Assembly: GCA_964035545.1 (NCBI GenBank)
Contig: CAXIUT010000190.1
Span: forward strand, 1-28,416
DNA from: Bugula neritina
Lineage: Eukaryota; Animalia; Bryozoa
Direction: 5' to 3'
Length of the DNA: 28,416 nucleotides
Shown here: in pieces, positions 23,498 to 28,416 of the stretch
How positions within the stretch are numbered: position 1 is the first letter of the stretch
Layout: each line of letters opens with the position of its first letter
The notes under the pieces: model-generated
Seen by the model: only the letters and a program-made list of their open reading frames with translations
The model's database searches: none
Told to the model about the DNA's origin: nothing
Program-made: the position numbers and the translations under genes

Positions 23498-25804
23498 ATG
23501 AAGCTGAAGGCACCTCGACAACTTTCATATGAAGACCAACGCTCCCGTATCAAAGACTTCCTGAACTCATACTAAGACCATGACTCACCCTTCCAACACT
23601 CCTTGTATGGAATAAAAAAATACCTCATTAGATTGGTACTTATCCATCTATTTAGCAAGCTATAGCTGATGAGGAAACTCAAACTTTAGAAATAGACTTG
23701 GAGGACATTGAAGGACACTTCCGTAAAGAAGAAGAAAAGCTCATGGTGGACAGAATAAAGTCAAATACCGCCAGATATATCGAAATTTTTACTCAAGTTG
23801 CATATGAAATGATGCCTTAAAGAATTGCACCAATTGATCCAGATGAAGTAATAATAGCTCTATTCAGGAATTAAGACATAAATTTGAAACCTTTCTCATC
23901 GATAAAAGAAAATAAAGCTAAGAAGCAGAGAATCAACACCAGCACCACCTTGAACCAAATGAACGCGTTCCTATTGCTTCTCACAAAACCTTTGATGTCG
24001 CCATCTTGTATGGTCCTAATGCTAAAATTAAACCAAAAGCTATTTCGAATTTAGCTGCTGAGAACATTGGTTCCCTTGTAATAGTCAAAGCTATTGTTGT
24101 TAGGGCTAGTGAAGTGAAGCCTTAAATTTCAGTTGCTACTTTTGCTTGTGATATTTGTGGATGCTAGAACTATCTCTAAGTTCTTGACAATAACTATAAG
24201 CCATTGGACAAGTGTACTTCTAAGAAATGTGTTGAAAATAGAGTCAATGGAAAGTTACTATTTCTTCCAGGACATTCTAAATTTAGACCTCATCAAGAGT
24301 TAAGAATCCAAGAAACACCAGATCAACTCAGAGATGGTAGAATTCCAAGAACCTATTCACTTCAACTTAAAGATTCAAACGTGAGATAAGCTGTACCAGG
24401 AGACATCATACTTGTTCAGGGAATATTACATCCAAATAAAAAGTTAGGATATAGACATCAAAATGAACTATCTTTTGAATGTTTTATCTAGGCTATCAAA
24501 ATAAAAAGATAGAAAAAAAAATACATTTAGATGAGTCTTAATCAGAATCAAGTCGAATAAATTGAAGGAATTAGAGCTAGTCTTGATTAAGAAATGCTTT
24601 TTAATCGCATGTCAGCATCAATTGCTCCTGAAATATATGGCATGTAAACAGTAAAACAAGCCTTATTGCTGCTTATGGCAGGTGGAGTTACTAAATAAAC
24701 TCATGACAATCTCAAAATCAGAGGATAAATAAATATTGCACTGATTGGTGACCCTGGAATAGCTAAATCTCAACTTTTAAAACATATTTCTTATCTTGCT
24801 CCTAGGGCAGTTTATACAACAGGTAAGGGAAGTTCAGGAGTTGGTCTTACTGCAGCTATTGTCCTTGATCCCTCAAGCAAATAATTATCATTGGAAGCTG
24901 GAGCACTAGTATTAGCAGATATGGGCATTTGTTGTATTGATTAGTTTGATAAGATGGAAGAGAATGATAGAACAGCGATTCACGAGGTAATGGAGCAGCA
25001 AACAGTATCAATAGCTAAGGCTGGAATCACTACTACACTCAACGCAAGAACTTCAGTTTTGGCAGCAGCTAATCCTCTTTATGGTAGATATAATAAGAAA
25101 GAAAGCATTCATAAAAATATCAATTTGCCTGCTGCTCTTCTATCAAGATTCGATCTCATTTTTATTCTTGTTGATGAGGCAGAAAAAGAAAAAGATCTAT
25201 CATTGGTTAGACATATTGGAAAAGTTCATCAGACTTCAAAAAAATATGCTGCATAAGGACTATTTTCACCTGAATTCCTGAGATCATATATTGCTTATTC
25301 AAAGAGATTCAATCCAACTATCAGCGAAGAGTTGCATAGTATTCTGATAAGCAAATATATCGATAAACGTCAAGAACAAGCATCATTATCTCTGAACATC
25401 AATGAAAAAGATAAATACTATACAACTCGTAGTCTATTGGCTTTGATTCGACTATGCCAGGCTCGCGTACTTATTGATTTATTTAGGCCCGTCTAAGATT
25501 TTCAAATAAAGTGTCTCTAGGTGATATCTCTGAATGTATGGAATTGATGGAAAAGGCTCAGAAAAGTGTGGAGTTGTAGCGTGAAGAAAGAAAACCTATG
25601 CATGATTACCGTTCATTGATTTTTTAGACTTTGAAGGAGATGTGTAGATATGCTGATAAACGTAGCGTGGAATTGAATTTGTTGAAGAAAAGAATCATTA
25701 CAAGAGGACATACTGAAAATGAGTTAGATGATACCATTGATGAGTATTTAAGGTTAAATCTGATCATGAAACAAGACAATTTCATTACACTTATTGAAGG
25801 ATGA
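23498..25804 (+). CDS. MCM7: DNA replication licensing factor MCM7
   Basis: N-terminal G.KKY..L and NTARY motifs, zinc finger CDICG...[14 protein letters not shown], Walker [50 protein letters not shown] and [14 protein letters not shown] (MCM7-type). 20-nt introns at 23636-23655, 23848-23867 and 25467-25486. Confidence 0.95.
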
Positions 25805-25920
25805 TCTGTTTTACCTATATTTCTATTTATTATATCTATCATGAATAGCAAAACTAATATAAAGTTTATTTATCAATAATCAACTGAAAATGTCGAAAAA
25901 CTTCATCAAAATATACTTTA

Positions 25921-26964
25921 TCAAAGGTTAAGACGGAAGTAGACTCTCCCTCCTATGTTGATCGACCCTGGAGCTGGCTATAATCGATGGACTGATGATT
26001 CCATTGATGATGTTCGACCTATTATGGCTAAAGGATAGGAATCACGGTGTCTAACTCCTGATTAATATGAATGATTATAACCAAAACTTCCTTCTTTGAG
26101 ACTTCTGAAGCGATCTGAGTCTTTTAAATATCCAAATTTGTCTGACTCTTTAAAGGTTCCGAATTTATCTGATTCTCTTGATTCTTTGAACCTTGAATTT
26201 CTCATTCCTTACCCTCCTGGTCTTTTGCTACTGATAAGTTATTAATCAGCTGAAGTATAATAATTTGAGCCATATGCCATTGATTTTTTGAATTTTTAAT
26301 CATATTATGATTAAAACATGTCTTTATTACTTTAGTTGGAATGTCTTGAATCTCTTCTTCGAGGATCAATGACATTGAAATTAGGAGATTGTCTGAGAAC
26401 TTAATCCTAAAATTCTTATCTTTTATTTGACCTCACAGGTAGTAAGTTAGTTTTGGGACTGATGTAGTACTCTTCTGTTTTATCTTTATTTGATCTATTT
26501 GATCTAAAGGTATCGGGAGATCGTGCATTAGTATGATATATATTATTTTGTGATGTTTGGTAGTATTCGTTTTATTGTCTATTTGGCATTTGATTTAATG
26601 GTTCTGCTTGATATCTTAAACCTTCAGCTCCATATATTTCAAATTGTCTTCTTTATCGATCTTACAATTCTCGTTTCCATCTGTCTTTTGTCTAGAGGAT
26701 ACCATTTTTAGCTGGAAAATGTTTTTGAGTGAGAGGTTGAGCTCCTCTAGAAAGAGATGAGGGTCTCTGAGGGGAAGTTACTGAGCTGTTGCGAAGAGAA
26801 ATATTATGTGCACTTGTAGTAAAGGGATTTTTATGTTGAAGGTACTGAAGGGTCAGGTCAGAAGTGGGAGTAGCTGAGGAAGGTTGTCTGGCTTGAGGAT
26901 TTGCTACATGAAAGTTTTTTCTAAAGAGGAATTGGTCGTTATTAGAAACAAAGGGATTAATCAT
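25921..26964 (-). CDS. Hypothetical Ser/Arg-rich low-complexity protein
   Basis: ATG 26964 to TGA 25921-25923 under TAR=Glu. Contains three 9-aa repeats (ESDKFGTFK, ESDKFGYLK, DSDRFRSLK). Confidence 0.65.
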
Positions 26965-27065
26965 CTATAATTACGAGATCATTCTCACTATAAGGCTTCA
27001 TACAATAAACTATCTTACTTATTTTTTATTTATTTAATAAATAGACAAATAATAAAGTTTATCAA

Positions 27066-28139
27066 TCACCTTTTGATTGAACTAATAGCAGGTAATCTTC
27101 CCACAACTCTTTAATTTTTCCATTGTATTTTATTATCTTTATCTGATGAAGGAGGTTTCTTGTCATTATCCCACTATATTTTAGACACTCTACTAAATAT
27201 CTTGTTATAAAGATGTTGTAAAATCTACTAGTTAGATAGAACTTTAACCAATAGTTATAGTTTATCTTCTTGTTTGAAATCTTAGAAACTACAATCAGTC
27301 ATTCTTTTCCTTATACTAATTTTCTTTTTGAGTTAGTTAACTGTTTTTATAAAAAACTATTCAATCGAACTAACTTTCTATATTATTTTTGAATTGACAG
27401 ATGATAAATCTCTATTTCTTCTTTTCATCACTGATAACTGATGATTGGCTCTTCTTAATTCATGATCCTGAATGTATGCTTCTTTTGCTTTTTATGGATT
27501 GACGCTTATGGTTTGATATTGTGGACTAAGAGCTCGAAGATCTTAAATTGATCGACTACTGCCAATGGTGTTTTTATCTGGTTGACGAATTTCAGTAGCA
27601 AAAGTGAGATCTCCTTGCCTTTTAACTTATTAGGTTGGTTTATTTAACATGAGATGTTTGATTTTAGCATGTAAGGAGTTGATTTATCTTTGTTGTGTAC
27701 TAATTTATCCTTTGAGAGTAAAGACAATTTTATCTTTTTTTTATAAATTATTCAATAATCTTTTTTAATTTTATTCTAAAAATTGAACTTTTTTAAGTAA
27801 ATTCGATAGCATTCCCTCATTCTAATAATCTTAGATCTTTTTTTCATATGATTCAATACGTGTTTGATACTATTTCAAAGCATTTTATATTTTGAAGATA
27901 TGTTGTTTGTAAGAATTGACAAATTATGTTTATTGTCCTTTTAACATATTATTAACTTTTCCTTAGATGTTGACTGTAAATAGATTGAGATCTTTTACTA
28001 GTTACTAGATTTATTTGACATTTCCCTATATTAAATCTAATATACTTAGTAACGGTAACTGCTTATCTAGGGCAAATTCACATGGATCTACTGTTTCTAC
28101 ATTTTCTACCTTTTATTAGTTTTATTATTATGAAGGCAT
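27066..28139 (-). CDS. Coiled-coil hypothetical protein
   Basis: ATG 28139 lies 61 bp from the telomere and the protein begins MPSEEENEEK (five TAA codons). The body is coiled-coil. One indel near 27238; TGA at 27066-27068. Confidence 0.7.
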
Positions 28140-28200
28140 TTTTAAAACATATTCAATAGAATAATCATATCCAACATCGAATAATATAACAAAATATTTA

Positions 28201-28293
28201 GGGGTTGGGGTTGGGGTTGGGGTTGGGGTTGGGGTTGGGGTTGGGGTTGGGGTTGGGGTTGGGGTTGGGGTTGGGGTTGGGGTTGGGGTTGGG
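28201..28293 (+). repeat. Telomeric tract (TTGGGG)n, internal
   Basis: 93 bp of perfect repeat beginning GGGG and ending TTGGG. Confidence 0.96.
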
Positions 28294-28334
28294 CTTTCTA
28301 AATAATAATATATTAAGATAAATATTTTATTCTT
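28294..28334. other. 41-bp AT-rich non-telomeric spacer between two telomeric tracts (subtelomere-like fragment)
   Basis: CTTTCTAAATAATAATATATTAAGATAAATATTTTATTCTT has no coding potential and a composition like the other subtelomeres. Confidence 0.75.
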
Positions 28335-28416
28335 GGGGGTTGGGGTTGGGGTTGGGGTTGGGGTTGGGGTTGGGGTTGGGGTTGGGGTTGGGGTTGGGGT
28401 TGGGGTTGGGGTTGGG
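28335..28416 (+). repeat. Terminal right telomere (TTGGGG)n
   Basis: 82 bp, beginning GGGGG and ending TTGGG at the last base of the window. Confidence 0.97.

Noticed and set aside
26095-26175. 27-nt degenerate tandem repeat
   Set aside because: It is explained as a three-copy 9-aa repeat within a low-complexity protein.
587-27240. Frameshifts in many genes (about 588, 864, 2469, 2785, 5320, 5560, 6345, 6441, 8600, 20719, 20739, 22530, 27238) as programmed ribosomal frameshifting or pseudogenes
   Set aside because: They go in both directions, sit mostly in homopolymers or are same-base insertions, and share no Euplotes-like AAA-stop motif. They hit otherwise well-conserved genes, which is typical of single-molecule sequencing error.
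1-28416. TAR=Gln (standard ciliate code 6)
   Set aside because: It would put Gln at the catalytic or invariant Glu of MCM Walker B (IDEFDKM), Rab DTAGQE/ETSA and TTLL FELFG.

Overview
This is AT-rich ciliate macronuclear DNA with C4A2/T2G4 telomeres. It uses a non-standard genetic code in which TAA and TAG encode Glu and TGA is the only stop (peritrich nuclear code, NCBI table 30), so the supplied ORF track is fragmented and mostly misleading. Positions 1-17584 form a complete telomere-to-telomere minichromosome of about 17.6 kb with 12 tightly packed genes: EF-hand protein, Rab11-like GTPase, TTLL tubulin glutamylase, NEK10, a ciliate complex I subunit homolog, cytosolic TrpRS, a basic linker-histone-like protein and several unknowns. 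Three more segments follow head-to-tail (17585-21073 TPR gene; 21074-28293 WDR33-like, MCM7 and three unknowns; 28294-28416 a 41-bp subtelomere). Each lacks a left telomere and ends in its own T2G4 tract, and every tract stops in the same TTGGG register. The genes carry tiny GTA...AG introns: 13 of 17 are exactly 20 nt and 16 of 17 have an A at position -6. Scattered single-base indels suggest an unpolished single-molecule read, so some CDS boundaries are approximate. All translations were done by hand and family calls are from recalled motifs, not database searches.
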